Source of the DNA: Podarcis tiliguerta
Taxonomy: Eukaryota
DNA: 64,000 bases
Direction: 5' to 3' (one strand)
Assembly (NCBI GenBank): GCA_965153285.1
Contig: OZ229125.1
The position numbers and the translations under genes are program-made. The notes under the pieces were generated by a model that was given only the letters and a program-made list of their open reading frames with translations, searched no databases and had not been told where the DNA came from. Shown here one piece after another: positions 62,996 through 64,000 of the stretch. Each line of letters opens with the position of its first letter. Within the stretch, counting starts at the first letter, position 1.

Positions 62996-64000
62996 AATTG
63001 GTGCTCTTGAAGCCTTGAAGGCAAGTGGTGCCACCAGCCTTTGTGGCCGCAAATTCTGTAAATCAGGACTGAGGAACTTGAAGCCTAACAACATCCAAAG
63101 GGCCCCAACTCCCATCTGTCCCTTAGTCAGCAGGGCTAATAGTTGGAAGCTGTAGTCCAACAACATTACAGGGTTGCACAGTTCCCAGTCCAGCCATAAA
63201 TGAACTCTGTGTTGTGTAAAGTACAGCTTGTTTTTGCTGAGTGCTGTATCTACTGCCAGCCAAATTCACTGGGTGAAAATTATTATTATTTTTTAATCAT
63301 TAATAGCTTTGAAAAATCAAAGTTTCCAGGATGATTCCAATATTAAATACTAGCAGCCTGATAGCCAGTGCTGCTCAGGAATTTTAAGAAACAACCCACC
63401 TCCCGCAGTTTTGAAATAAGTTGTTAAAATCAGTGAAGTTTTGAAAGGTTCAGTCTGCCCTCTTGATTCAAAGCAACGTCTAATCATATCCAAATATAAA
63501 TGAAAACTTGCTTCTTGGTTTCAGGAACCCTCATGCAAAATTTGGTTATGATAAATTAAGGATGTCTCAACACACAGCAAGAGCCAAAACAAATTTCCGA
63601 AATATATTGTAGACGTGTGGGCTGAAACATGAAATGAGGGTGATGGCTCCTGTCTTACCTCCATGACATCCCTTGGTAAACAAATCCTAGACAAACCTGC
63701 AGAATCCTGTGCAGCTTGCCCTGGTGGAATTAGTCATGGTCTTTTGCGCGGCACCCACAGAACTGAGCTGCCAGCATCATGTTTCACATAAAACTATTTT
63801 TATATGAAAGAATCTTCTTGGGAAGCGGCGGCTGCAGCACCTGCTTTGTCAGGATCTAGGTCAGCAGAGGAGCAGAACAGAACTTCCACAGTAGCCACAG
63901 GTTGTCCCCTTACTCGCTCCCCTTGTTATTGCATCTCTCCTAGAGAAGAGCCTCTTTGCCCAGGTGGGGTGGAACCTGTACAGTGGTACCTCTGGTTATG

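Overview
Vertebrate genomic DNA, most likely a lacertid lizard (inferred from Sauria SINEs and CR1/L2/Penelope-like repeats). It carries the housekeeping cluster syntenic with human 12q24.31: GTF2H3 (-, exons 1-5, runs off the left edge), EIF2B1 (+, 9 exons, 302 aa, head-to-head with GTF2H3), DDX55 (-, 14 exons, 589 aa), TMED2 (-, 4 exons, 201 aa, plus a 21-nt microexon) and RILPL1 (+, exons 1-2, runs off the right edge). All exons were phased by hand from splice sites. Notable points: 4 of 32 splice donors are GC rather than GT, one with a strong out-of-frame GT competitor 4 nt downstream; GTF2H3 has a U12-type donor; the TMED2 microexon is followed by a YGCY cluster; and Penelope-like remnants carry minimal hammerhead-ribozyme motifs. 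Introns and intergenic DNA hold nested TA-TSD and 8-bp-TSD MITEs, SINEs, LINE 3' fragments and a decayed Copia element. I see no evidence for a new protein-coding system; most ORF-track entries are spurious or transposon-derived.
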